NCBI GenBank assembly: GCA_965655095.1 | Contig: OZ296656.1 | Location: 1,798,001-1,862,000 of the forward strand | From: Haplodiscus bocki | Lineage: Eukaryota | Direction of reading: 5' to 3' | Length of the DNA stretch: 64,000 bases | Shown: piece after piece, positions 13,201-23,104 of the stretch | Position numbering within the stretch: the stretch's first letter is position 1 | How the letters are laid out: each line of letters begins with the position of its first letter | The notes under the pieces: model-generated | What the model was told of the DNA's origin: nothing | The model's input: only the letters and a program-made list of their open reading frames with translations | The model's database searches: none | Program-made: the position numbers and the translations under genes

Positions 13201-16200
13201 ACAAGTTTGCTGAACCTTTGTTGGACTCACCTGAGACCTTAGTAGAAAAAATTCTACGAGGCTACTGGACGTTTTTAATCTACCGAGGAACTAACTCTAA
13301 AAAGGTGTCGACTGTAAAGTGGCACTATCTCAGTAATTTAACCGGCCAAGGGGTTTTCATTTGTGATAAACATGATGTTCCGTTAACAAAGGACTTCCGA
13401 CGTAGTAACTACTTCTGTCGATGTGGAAGGTCATCATTCCTCAGATGTGCCTACTCAAAGTGCAACAGTTGTGTGTGTAAGAAACACTTCGACGAGGGAA
13501 TGAAACATCCGAACTTACGAGTTTTAGTTGCACCTCTAGCAGAACGAAAATTAACGCCTGAAGTACCGAACGCTGAAGCTGCAATCAATCCCACACAGTG
13601 TGAACTGAATTCCAACATAGCTAGTGTATGTGATGAGGACAAAAGCTTTGTTGAACCAGATTTATCCACCAACTGTTTAAGTCAAAACTCAAGTTCATCG
13701 GTAGCTTCTTTTCTGTGCAACAACATGAACGCAAACTCGATCAGCGAAAGTCAATTGGCCATGAATAAATTGAACGTTTGTTCGGGTGAAAGGGCCATTG
13801 TTGCTGTACAAGAGGCTTCCAGAGAAGAAGATTACAATATTCCTCTCCACATACTGTTGAATTCACGATGCAACTTACTGCACAGGAAAAGAAGTCATCC
13901 CATTTCCCTAACCGTTAAAGAGAAACGTTTTATGGAAAACATAACAGCTTCCTCAACATCATCAACGCCTTTGCTTCAACCGGAAGGGCTGCTTTTTCCT
14001 ACTATTTTCTGGTCCCAAAGTTTCGATGGCAGCATTGAAGGTGCAATTCCAATATCCCTGTTCCAATCCGAAAAATACAACAAACAAGTGGGGTTTGCAG
14101 GTTTAGAAAACATGCTGCGAACTCGCATCACTGATGGGTCACTTTTAACCTCCAGTCACGCATCATATCTGCAGTTCGTTTTTGATTGTCTTCTTAATTT
14201 ACAACTGAGTAAAACCGATATTCGGATTGTGTTGAACAGAGGCTGGCAGGAATTGGGCAGTAAGCCTACAAATTACCAGTACTACTCCGCTGAAACGTTC
14301 AAGTTCGATTGTGAAGAATCCCGGAAAAATGTCTGTGAAGTAGCAGCACTTATTAGAGATAAAAACCCCACTTATTTTGTTACATACACATGTGGGCAAT
14401 CTACTCACCCCGGCTTGCGCAAAATTTTCGAGGCTATTGACAAACTTTACCCGCCCGATATGACATCCAAAGAATTGAGATTATCTGTAATACAAAGTGA
14501 ATTAATGCCTATGCTTAGATGTTGGCATCGCGCCTCACAGTATGTAATGCAATGGTTGAAGTGTTCGGCCGAGCAACCTCTGGGACCAGTCTCCCACTTA
14601 TGGATGAGGTACGAGTGGCAAGATGAAACTTCGGCCTTTCCACACATCCATGCACTAGTGTGTACAGGAGAAAACAAGTTTGGTCCGGAAGTTCAATCCC
14701 GAGTCTGCTGTTCTAAAGAAACATTCATGGGCGCCTTGAACGATTGTTGTCCAGCGTTATCGGATAGCGAACGGTTCCGGTTGGGAGAACTTTTCCAAAA
14801 ATACCAACGGCACGATTGTGGCAAGGGCAAAAATAGATGTAAAAAGAAAACTGATTGGTTGGGAAAGCCAGTGTGTAGAGTACCTAAATATCCTGCATCC
14901 GTTGGGTTCTCTTACAAGCAAATACAACCTAATTACTCGGAAGAAACTTGGGACTTGTTGAGAGCCATGAAATTGTCCTATATTGACCCTAACTCTTCAA
15001 CAGACAAAGCTGAGGAAGAACTGAAAGCTGGAAAGCATCACTACCCTGCTGCTTACAACGAGCACATTTCACCAACAAATGCAGCTTTGTTTGCCTTCAC
15101 TGAAAGTAGTACGAACGTCCAAATTTGTGACGACGAAATGTGTTCACGCTACGTTGCAAAGTATGCTGCCGGCGTGGAAGGTCGGGCGTTCACAAAAATA
15201 GTAGCGTCTGCTGGTGAGGATGAAGTGAAAGTCCAAACGGAACCTATTGTGAACGAAAAAATAGCTGGTGTCCAAACCAGCGTTACCAAAAAACGTCGGG
15301 ATGATGATAAACGGAAATCTGTAACAGGAAGAATTGTTAGCATAACTGAATGCTTGTGGTGGGCTTTGCAGTTGCCATACGTTTGCACAAACGTAGATTT
15401 CATTCATGTACCAACAGTTCCGAAAGAGTTCAGATCTGGAATAGTGATAGAAAAACAAATTGCGAGGACGATGAACTTCAGTGCTGTTTTTGCCGAAGCT
15501 GTTCGAATTCGGAAAAACGTTTTGAAGCTTCCAAAACATCGACAATTAACAAGAAATCAAGAATTGTTGTTGGCAGATGTCGAAGCAAGTTCGATTACGC
15601 CTGACAAAGTGACTATTTTTGGCCTTAGACCACCGGAACTTTTGTTTGTCAGCAGTTTGAAAAGTTATTTTAGTTGGTTCGTTAGATTCAAAATCAACAG
15701 CTCGAAAGGGAAAAGTAGTCATGAGATTTTGTTGAGCCGTGCATCGTGTAATGACTTTTGGGTTGATTGTCTTGGATACGCTATCAAGATACGCCCACCC
15801 GCAATTTCTGATTTTCTTGATTTTTGTTCAACGAGAAGTGATAACCGGAGAGACGAAGTTTTGAAACAGGAGTGCCGCAAACATGTTCTCCCCAAATTGC
15901 AAGGAACCAACAGTTGCCCCAGACTGGTGGCGTACAATCATTGTTTTTCAGATCAAAAAGCCATAGTGGTTTTCACAAATACTCTACCCAGTAGTCCAAC
16001 AAAGTTCTTGTTGCATTTTGTGCTAACTTTTGGTTCGTTTGACACCGAACTTGACATTCTCGCAGTTTCCTCTCTCAGGGAATCTTTTATAGCTGCCAAA
16101 CTGGTGGAGCGTAACAACATTACTGTTGCAGTCGTGCTTCAACTAGCTCGCCGCTATCTATTGCAACAGCTCCGCTTTGTGCCGGGATCCTCTAAACTCA

Positions 16201-18356
16201 TTGACAAGTTTTTGTTGATGGCAAATAGCGTTCTGGGAGAGGCACTGTTAGAAAACAACTTATATTTTGCATCCGGGGTACCAGCTGTTTTGGATCGCAC
16301 AATCTCTGCCGACTCCGAAGAAAATGTTGCTGTAGATTTGACAATCAGCAAGAGTAGATTGGTGGAGTTCTTACACACATGTCAAACGGGACTTCCAAGC
16401 GAAGAAAGTATGATTGATGCTTCCCTAACTGCGCCCGTTGATTGGAAACCGGACTTTGGTAGACATCCTAGCCAAACAGTGACATCGTACTGTGAACAGA
16501 GTAAGATTTTGAAATATTTAGTTGAAATCGTGGACTTGTACAGAGGAGGAACACAAAATTTTGTGAGACATCAAATCATCGCTGGGGCACCAGGAACGGG
16601 AAAAACATTCATCATGTTGAGAGCTCTGAGTTATGCAATATGTCAAGGACTCAATTGCATGGTAACTTCACTAGCGGCCGAAAGGTCGGCTGCTTTAGGT
16701 GGCAAGCATCTAAATGCTCTCATTCCTTTCCCGGTGGAGAAAAATGGAACTGTTAATTCTTTGTCTCGAGTAGCTTTGTCCAGCTTGCAGAAATCACCGG
16801 ACAGAAGTCGGTTTCTCCAAAACTTAGATGTATTGTTTGTTGAAGAAATTTCGATGATCTCTAGTGAACTTTGGGCTGCGACGGACCACGTTTTCCAAAT
16901 CATCTGCTCAAACTACGTGCCATTCGCTGGCAAACTAATCATTGCAACCGGAGATTTTTTTCAACTCCCTCCACCAAAAGGAAGTTGTCTGATCAGTTCT
17001 TCATTCCCTCTAACGACTTTTCATTTTAGTTTTCTCCAGCACTTTGTGCGTATGCAAAATGAAACGGGTCAAAAAGTTTTGTCACTGATGTCAACTTTTC
17101 CAAGAACAACTGCCATCGGAAACCAAATTTGGAGTTTGATTGAGCGAAATTGCAATTTCGTAGATTGCTGGGATGACGTACCAAATGATACAATTCGAAT
17201 TTTTGCTACTCGCAAAGCGGAAAGATATGCGACGTTCAAGAAAATTATTCAGGTGAAAGACAGTGGTTCCCAGTTCTATGAAAGTTCATCGACAGATGAA
17301 ATGTGTGTGTCAAGTACGGACAACTGGATAGAAGCTTCTGGACCTGCAACAAAGTTTCTAAATAAGAAATGCTTGGAGTCACAATCATTGTTTCTGTTCC
17401 CCGGAGCAATTCTTCGACTCACCGTGAACAAGCCAAATGTGATGGCTTTCCAAGGACAACTGTGTGTTTTGGTTTCACTGGACTCGTTGGCTGACAACGG
17501 AACAGTAACTGTTGCCTTGGCCCCTGCTGGTTGCCGATCCATTCCACCACTCTCTGTAATACGAAGATCCTGGAGATGCATTGTTCTCGCAAAGGAAATC
17601 GGAGTTAACATTCGTCTAAACCACAGAACTATTTGTCGCAGAATCCAATTTCCCCTCAAATTGTACGTAGCGTCAACTATTCACAAAACTATGGGCGAAA
17701 CACTCCCAACAGTTGCTACGCAGATTGTTGGAGCTCAAGAGTTTTCTCTTTGGCTGCCGGAGCAACTATACGTAGTAATGAGTCGTGTTCGATCACTGGC
17801 GGATATCACTTTCGTGGGATCGAAGCAGTCCAACGAAGGAGCCATCCTGAGTTTGTTGTGTAAAAAGTCACAGTGGTCGGAGCTGACTACCGAGATCCTC
17901 CAAAAGTGTTCTTCCCGTGACCCAACAATCTTCCATGGCTCTACAGACCCCTTTCCGTCAACCATCAGTATACCGCAAGAGAATGTTGGCTACTGTTATG
18001 TTATTCAGAGCGTCCCACAAAACAACTTGTTATATAATGGTTCAACAATGTGCCTGAATCGACGAATTCGTGAACATAATGTTGGCTTGGGAGCTTCATT
18101 CACGCATGATCCCTCTCGAAGACCTTGGGTTTTGTGTGCTTACGTGACCGGCTTTCTTGCAAGCAGCTCCACGGAGAGAATAAGGTTTTTTGAAAAACAG
18201 TGGCTTGGGGCAGTCACTAAAGTGCTTAACTTGAGGAAGAAGAACATCTCCCTCCCGAATGCATTGTCAGCAGCAGAAAACTTAATCATGAATTGGCCTC
18301 ATAAAGAAGATGTCCTGAAGTTGGTAATTTGCTGTAATCAGCCCATATTGCATTAG
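10257..18356 (+). CDS. Intact 2,699-aa polyprotein: Zn finger - OTU protease - Cys-rich region - HUH Rep - PIF1-like helicase - GIY-YIG (SLX1-like) nuclease
   Basis: OTU GDGNCLF (~10554) and HF (~10938). Rep motifs YFVTYTC (14373-14393), YEWQ..FPHIH (HIH 14643-14651), YVAKY (15150-15164). Helicase GAPGTGKT (16584-16607), VEEISM, GDFFQLPP, TIHKTMGETL, QLYVVMSR. C-terminal YCYVIQS..LYNGST..RRIREHN..RPW..GF..FE. First ATG is 10257 (track start is a GTG). Confidence 0.92.
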   Translation: MPSGKSDFKRRRCAKCGRFSERNHSCPNNTDNVSSTSEPLGILYSIPDSNLLVSSVDTLHLESTLEAMGLSCSPTSGIIVNKTNIRLSSVQPSQSLSITGDGNCLFTALGVAVGLSHESGHDLRKLIVSNMDSVTFPENSLQTSIYSAEFPNQNKLLTSPTVNHYLKTSRMAENGVFGTCVEIYTFCQIFKLDVYVYHSILKSWLVYKCDCSNDRQGVFIQQTRTGDHFEVISGLTETYHTSLLLSEDFAGSSSQCGNSAMNTQCPGIQKTALAALDETEPLQKRRRTSDYPVANYLIENGEIKTTLTTFCLAEALCAGGNTTTQSKGPPPTALQHRQHQFHRLPGDELTDEIFLKLTENFVPSSKLPEESTVEIESKLVVTDTVNGADICCKCMREATVYFPLDIKAYSNAGLVNRKFGRKLKNEVVHLCCSCYSYCTAPKVDWQMAWPAVFFTLLSDTSKTEACLVAICSLLPLEIRQHWLGVITLFPICIQCVLNRPRILGTCTVDGTRRLERFEQLMKTMRQKEMAEALDSEPYPNIRCPFGCWTFIEDPGYIPAQHFINLIDRTFTSFQASAFKKLRGARLDFLCPLMCLETFLVAATVRLHEKEGLVVQTCSAHDRGCALQFLHPPRHPELGRIPTLFEERLAIASPSLSCVSSLKANYASHTYQLFRSVGSYSGMSTVSLRRKRRWNITSNRLFQAERTATFFRSDIPILIRQWVVQGKVIEDVATDLSQYQPKNEKLMEHVGVDLDTCIRLTKVMDKNEQELLSNVKFLQCYALAQPNNEHGCSPPPLINDTGDTLWFLQAACCISPILCSSMVSGVNHVLAKNMFSLLRHTFARFGKESKLQRISEAQADIDSILNNAATNNDNPILISNFLQAGGVVLHALCADLCHLQLSQRIELTEKILRDVKVDTKHVIATTTDVNNLRNKVNPPLNIVLFDVQFELVGCGCGSRGTDAVILLRHGGRFCNFWRILKANKFAEPLLDSPETLVEKILRGYWTFLIYRGTNSKKVSTVKWHYLSNLTGQGVFICDKHDVPLTKDFRRSNYFCRCGRSSFLRCAYSKCNSCVCKKHFDEGMKHPNLRVLVAPLAERKLTPEVPNAEAAINPTQCELNSNIASVCDEDKSFVEPDLSTNCLSQNSSSSVASFLCNNMNANSISESQLAMNKLNVCSGERAIVAVQEASREEDYNIPLHILLNSRCNLLHRKRSHPISLTVKEKRFMENITASSTSSTPLLQPEGLLFPTIFWSQSFDGSIEGAIPISLFQSEKYNKQVGFAGLENMLRTRITDGSLLTSSHASYLQFVFDCLLNLQLSKTDIRIVLNRGWQELGSKPTNYQYYSAETFKFDCEESRKNVCEVAALIRDKNPTYFVTYTCGQSTHPGLRKIFEAIDKLYPPDMTSKELRLSVIQSELMPMLRCWHRASQYVMQWLKCSAEQPLGPVSHLWMRYEWQDETSAFPHIHALVCTGENKFGPEVQSRVCCSKETFMGALNDCCPALSDSERFRLGELFQKYQRHDCGKGKNRCKKKTDWLGKPVCRVPKYPASVGFSYKQIQPNYSEETWDLLRAMKLSYIDPNSSTDKAEEELKAGKHHYPAAYNEHISPTNAALFAFTESSTNVQICDDEMCSRYVAKYAAGVEGRAFTKIVASAGEDEVKVQTEPIVNEKIAGVQTSVTKKRRDDDKRKSVTGRIVSITECLWWALQLPYVCTNVDFIHVPTVPKEFRSGIVIEKQIARTMNFSAVFAEAVRIRKNVLKLPKHRQLTRNQELLLADVEASSITPDKVTIFGLRPPELLFVSSLKSYFSWFVRFKINSSKGKSSHEILLSRASCNDFWVDCLGYAIKIRPPAISDFLDFCSTRSDNRRDEVLKQECRKHVLPKLQGTNSCPRLVAYNHCFSDQKAIVVFTNTLPSSPTKFLLHFVLTFGSFDTELDILAVSSLRESFIAAKLVERNNITVAVVLQLARRYLLQQLRFVPGSSKLIDKFLLMANSVLGEALLENNLYFASGVPAVLDRTISADSEENVAVDLTISKSRLVEFLHTCQTGLPSEESMIDASLTAPVDWKPDFGRHPSQTVTSYCEQSKILKYLVEIVDLYRGGTQNFVRHQIIAGAPGTGKTFIMLRALSYAICQGLNCMVTSLAAERSAALGGKHLNALIPFPVEKNGTVNSLSRVALSSLQKSPDRSRFLQNLDVLFVEEISMISSELWAATDHVFQIICSNYVPFAGKLIIATGDFFQLPPPKGSCLISSSFPLTTFHFSFLQHFVRMQNETGQKVLSLMSTFPRTTAIGNQIWSLIERNCNFVDCWDDVPNDTIRIFATRKAERYATFKKIIQVKDSGSQFYESSSTDEMCVSSTDNWIEASGPATKFLNKKCLESQSLFLFPGAILRLTVNKPNVMAFQGQLCVLVSLDSLADNGTVTVALAPAGCRSIPPLSVIRRSWRCIVLAKEIGVNIRLNHRTICRRIQFPLKLYVASTIHKTMGETLPTVATQIVGAQEFSLWLPEQLYVVMSRVRSLADITFVGSKQSNEGAILSLLCKKSQWSELTTEILQKCSSRDPTIFHGSTDPFPSTISIPQENVGYCYVIQSVPQNNLLYNGSTMCLNRRIREHNVGLGASFTHDPSRRPWVLCAYVTGFLASSSTERIRFFEKQWLGAVTKVLNLRKKNISLPNALSAAENLIMNWPHKEDVLKLVICCNQPILH

Positions 18357-19264
18357 TACGTTAGAAAACACTGGCAAACTACATTTCAACAGCTTCGCCG
18401 ACTGTCAAATGTGACGAAGTGAATGCCTTATCCCATAAAAAACATAAAGTTCATAATTTAATCAATACATAAAGTTTTTTTTAAACGTCCATCTATAGTA
18501 TATATTCATTTGTCTCCGGTGGTTTCCAAAGCTGCACGTGTAAAGTTTTTAGTCTGTGTGTTTTTGCTTTTCGCTGTGGTTAAAGATATTTTTGTGAAAG
18601 TTTTTTCTTTTACTATTAACAACAATTCAATTGTTCAATTTTTGATGTCTTTGAGAGTAGTCTGCAGACTATTTAGCCTACGTACTGTTTTCCAAAGGTT
18701 TCGTTGTTTAAGTTAGTTAAACATAAAACTATCCGACAATATTCCTTTGCGGACAAGACTTTGCTGCAATTTGAACCTGATTTTTGGAACGTTAAAAGGG
18801 AGCATCAGGTGTTCATGATTTGCCCCTTAACAATGAACGTTCCTGATTGCCCACCGTATTTAAAGTTGATTGATTAGTGATTTTAACTTTTTGCACTGCT
18901 TTTTTCCCATATGCTTATGGTACGCTTTGTTTTGTGTATGTCTTAATAACGATGTACACCTACATAGTGTATGATAAAAGCCCTGTACTCCTTCCTGTTT
19001 CGACCGCAAGGTGGAACACTTGGTAAAACGTTAGTGAAACTTCTATACCAAAAACCAGACACACTCAAATGAGCAAATTTATATTTAGAGGTTTTTGGAA
19101 CGATGTTTTTTTCAGCTCTTCCGTTTTATACTATTATATAATATAATGCCAATGACAGTTATCTTCTGTGTTCCATCGTAGTGTACCTATGCTGTTGGAG
19201 TCATTAAATGTCGTTTTTTTGTCGTCACCCCTTGTCGTTGTTTTTCAACGTTCTGCAGATCTAA

Positions 19265-20021
19265 ATGAAACATCTTATCATAGCTGATTCCCTTGGGAGA
19301 AGACTTGTCATGAAGCACGAAGACCTGGAAGTGAAGTTTTTCCCTGGAGCCACGGCATCTTGCCGTCGGGTAATTGAGTGTTTAAGAAACCTAACAACGT
19401 TTTATGAATCAATCATTTTGTTCATCGGGGGAAATGGACTTACAGGCCGGGGCACACGACGGGGAAAGACTCCTGAGCAAGTGAGTAATTTCAACACAAT
19501 ATCAAGTTGGTTGCGACTGAAAACATTTTAGAATTAGACTGGTTGCAACATCAGGGTGCATTGTGTATGAATTGATCCGCAGGTGATATTTCCCTGCGAA
19601 AATAATTTCCAATTATTAAGCAGAGCTTCAAATGCAACTGAAAATATTTTTTTCCTCCAAATTTTGAAGAAAGTTCAACAAAATCAAACGAAGTGCATGT
19701 TCAGCTCAAAAATTTTTTGTTAACTCTTAGGTGGTTCAAGACATTATGTACCTCGTGCGTCTGGCCATTCCAAAGTGTTACACAGTATACTGTCTGGCTC
19801 TGGTCATGAGATCCAAACCTTGCCTCTTAGATATCAAAAGGGTTAACGATGGACTCAGAAACTCTGTGGGTCAATACAATTTTGTGTCGGTGGCTAGCAA
19901 AATGAGCTCCGAAAGGAATTTGATGGATGGCGTGCATTTATCTCGTCACGGTGTTTCAAACTTGATGTACATTCTAAGGAAAAGAGTTTTGGGTACTGTA
20001 CTACCTTTTTCTGACCTGTGA
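19265..20021 (+). CDS. SGNH/GDSL-type hydrolase, 2 exons (19265-19480, 19731-20021), 168 aa
   Basis: Block I ADSL, block II PG, block III GGNG, block V DGVH. Phase-0 intron GTGAGT...TTAG (19481-19730), same position in U3 and U4. Confidence 0.88.
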
Positions 20022-21330
20022 TAAGTACAAGTAACAAAGCCTTACTGACGTAGTTGTTGATTAATGAACGCAGTTTCTAACATGGTACCATGTTTTTGAT
20101 TTTTTGGTAATCGCGTGTTTGCTCTCTTTCTTCTATGTTTCCTTTAAAGTATCAACGTTCACCGGAAAGTTGTCGTAATGTGGCCGACAAAATTGTGAAC
20201 AATTGTAATTGTTTAATGGCCATTGTTTTAACAGAGCGTCGCAGAATACGTACACCTGCTCATCGTCGACTGGGGTTCTGAAAGCAATCACATTCTGTTC
20301 CAGCTGAAAAAGAGATAAAAGTGTGGTATTACGCCTCGACGACCAATGTTATGAAGGCTTCCTTCCGTATATTCGATACACCAGTTTTATCATGCAGCAA
20401 ACAAATAGGAGTTATTGGTTATTTTACTGTGCATACAATTGGAATCGACTGTAAAGTTATCTGAGTGTTTAGATCTTGTAAGTTCCGAACAAAATTAAAT
20501 GATTTTTTCGAATAAATGTCAGTTCAACCTATAAAACCCTTGAATTTGTCACTTTGCGTTGTTTCTTCCTGTATGTTAGTTTCCTTCAGTCACGTTTTTC
20601 CATAGACTTTGAGTACTGCTAAACCCATGAATGTTGCTCTTTGTTCGGCGCTGTTTTTATGCCTGTTAATTTTCATTGCTAATTGAACTGCTTATTGAAA
20701 TAAAGCATTACCAGATTGCTTCCCCTGAAATAACGTTTTATGTAACTTAGATTCAACTTCATTTGTTGAAGTCAAGAAACTGCCGATTGTTTTATTTCTC
20801 TTGAATTGCTATCATTGTCTGTGCACTGATTTGTTTAATTTTGAAAAGGTTTTCTTTCGTGTTAGAGTGGTTTTCACGAAAGAGAAATTTTTATCCTGAA
20901 TTAACACGTTTCAATTCCCTATAGTCTTTTCATTTACATTCACAGCCGTTAATGATGCGTGAAAGTTCGTTGAAAAATGTAATTGTGAGCAAACATAAAC
21001 GTCATTCACTGATGACTGAACTTTGAAACTGTTGACACGTGAAAAAAAGTTGAAAGAAGTCAGTTCCGCCTTTTGCGTGGCATCACGTAAACGAGCATGT
21101 AACTTTTTTCAATAGAAAACTAGCAAGAAGTTTTTTATCAAACCTTTTAATGTATACTAGCGATTCTCACTGTGACGTGGAAATTTACTGAAGTTGTATT
21201 TGATCATGTTGAACTTCATCTTCCTTGTTTTAATTTTTGAGAGTAATTAGTTCTGCGTCCTGAATAGGTTGACGAAATGTCACTGTGTAAACCGCGTTGT
21301 ATAAGATGATGCTTGAAAAGATTGTTCCAG

Positions 21331-22344
21331 ATGATGACCACCCGTGTAAATACGGCCCAAATAACTGCTCCCAATTTCTTGCGCAACAGTGAGAACACAT
21401 ATATCCGAGGTGTTGTTTTGGTTTTTAAAAAATTTGATCGTCCCCTACAGTTATTTCGACCGCAAGCTGTAAAAGCTAAACGAATGAGCCCTGACACAAA
21501 CTACGATCGCCTAATCATCATCGGCGAAATCGAAACGCGAGAATGTTTTGCAATAATAGCAGATTCTGCGCAGAAAAGTTCACTCCTTTTTGCTGACCGA
21601 AAACTAACTATTGGTGCCATCGTTGATGTGAAAGAAGCTATTTTTTCCAACTCCTGCCTTGGTAACGATCGAACTAATCCAATTTTTAATGTGTCTCTTC
21701 CTTTAGAGGTAGTTACAGACGACCCGCCAATGGAGCCTATTCCTATCGATTTGAATCCCTCGACGAGTGCAATGTTTCACTTCTGTCTCCCAAACCGACC
21801 CCTTTCGTTTTTGCACGCAATTCCTGTGTTTCCGACTTGTTCCGGTTTTTTGTGCGACAGAAGAAATAGAAAAAACGAAAGCATTTGCGCATGTTTGCAA
21901 AAATCGGCTTTGTCAGCGTGGGTCATGTCAGCAAGGGTAATTAGTCAGGACATATTGAGCGAAGACGATGATCCTCTAACAGGGGATGTTCTGCAAAGTT
22001 TGTCATTGACCAAACTTTTTTGTGAGGAGGCTATCATTAGATCGGCATACACATCAATTGACAGGGGACTTTTGAGAGACGCTGTCATGCGTGTTGCTAA
22101 CCATGTTAATAGCAATGGTGGGTGGAGAGTGTCAGGCTTCTATAAAACTGCTTTAACAGAAGAAAACATTGCGCAAAATGTTCAAAGGGTAAGAATTTGT
22201 CGAATCACTCCAGCGATTGAGATCCCTGTGCACTTGAAATACAATGTGATTCCTTGGATTGGAGACAATACAAACCAGCCACCACGCCTTCTTCACGCTA
22301 ACGCAAATTTGCCAGCAACTAACAATGTAAACAACATGAGATGA
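21331..22344 (+). CDS. ORF3, conserved hypothetical ~337-aa protein with CxxxxCD..CxC cluster
   Basis: Open frame that aligns over its full length with 38101-39111 and 55110-56120 despite heavy nucleotide divergence; ATG at 21331/21334. Confidence 0.88.
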   Translation: MMTTRVNTAQITAPNFLRNSENTYIRGVVLVFKKFDRPLQLFRPQAVKAKRMSPDTNYDRLIIIGEIETRECFAIIADSAQKSSLLFADRKLTIGAIVDVKEAIFSNSCLGNDRTNPIFNVSLPLEVVTDDPPMEPIPIDLNPSTSAMFHFCLPNRPLSFLHAIPVFPTCSGFLCDRRNRKNESICACLQKSALSAWVMSARVISQDILSEDDDPLTGDVLQSLSLTKLFCEEAIIRSAYTSIDRGLLRDAVMRVANHVNSNGGWRVSGFYKTALTEENIAQNVQRVRICRITPAIEIPVHLKYNVIPWIGDNTNQPPRLLHANANLPATNNVNNMR

Positions 22345-23104
22345 ACGATTAATTGAAGCAACAAAACTCAAAGAAATGTTATGTCAATCACTGTTGTGAC
22401 ATTTTTTACTACAGCTAAAAATTACCTATAGAATCAAGAGAGGTATTACAGACAAGTAAAACAATGTGCCAGTAATCATTTAGCAAACTACCGAATGTTG
22501 TTTCCATGCAACATCGACTGTTACAAGGCATTCGACCGTAAGGTGTTTGCCCAAAATTAGGAGTTCATTTGGCGTTAAAGAAAATGAGAGTTGTCGTAAA
22601 GTGGATTTATTTTACGTGCATCAAAATGAACTGTCAATTGTTGCTACCATTCATTTGCAGTTAAATTGAGAGTTTACTTTGTTTCACTGGACATTTTTAT
22701 TTATCACAGTTTAAATTGTTTTCTGTAGTTGGTACATATAATGTTCATTAAAAATTAAATGGATCATCTAGAGAAAAGTTTGTGTGCAGCTCCTTACAAC
22801 TAATTACCTCAAACCTAATTCGTTGTCCACTGAGACAAAAAAGTTGCTACAGTTATGTAACTATAACATAATTTTCGCAAATTATTTTACAAATAATTCG
22901 GCATTGGAAGAAAAAAAAGATAAGATTTTTTCAAAAATAAATTGGCCCAGAATAAAACTTGTGTCACCAACAGTTTGCCAGCCCAGTAGTTTACTACGAA
23001 ATTTCAGCAAAGCTTGATTGCCGCCCCTTCAAAAAATTGACGGATTTCAGATAGATCAATTAGAAAAACTGACTTTTTTAGCAGGTTTTTCTTTTTTCTT
23101 CGAC

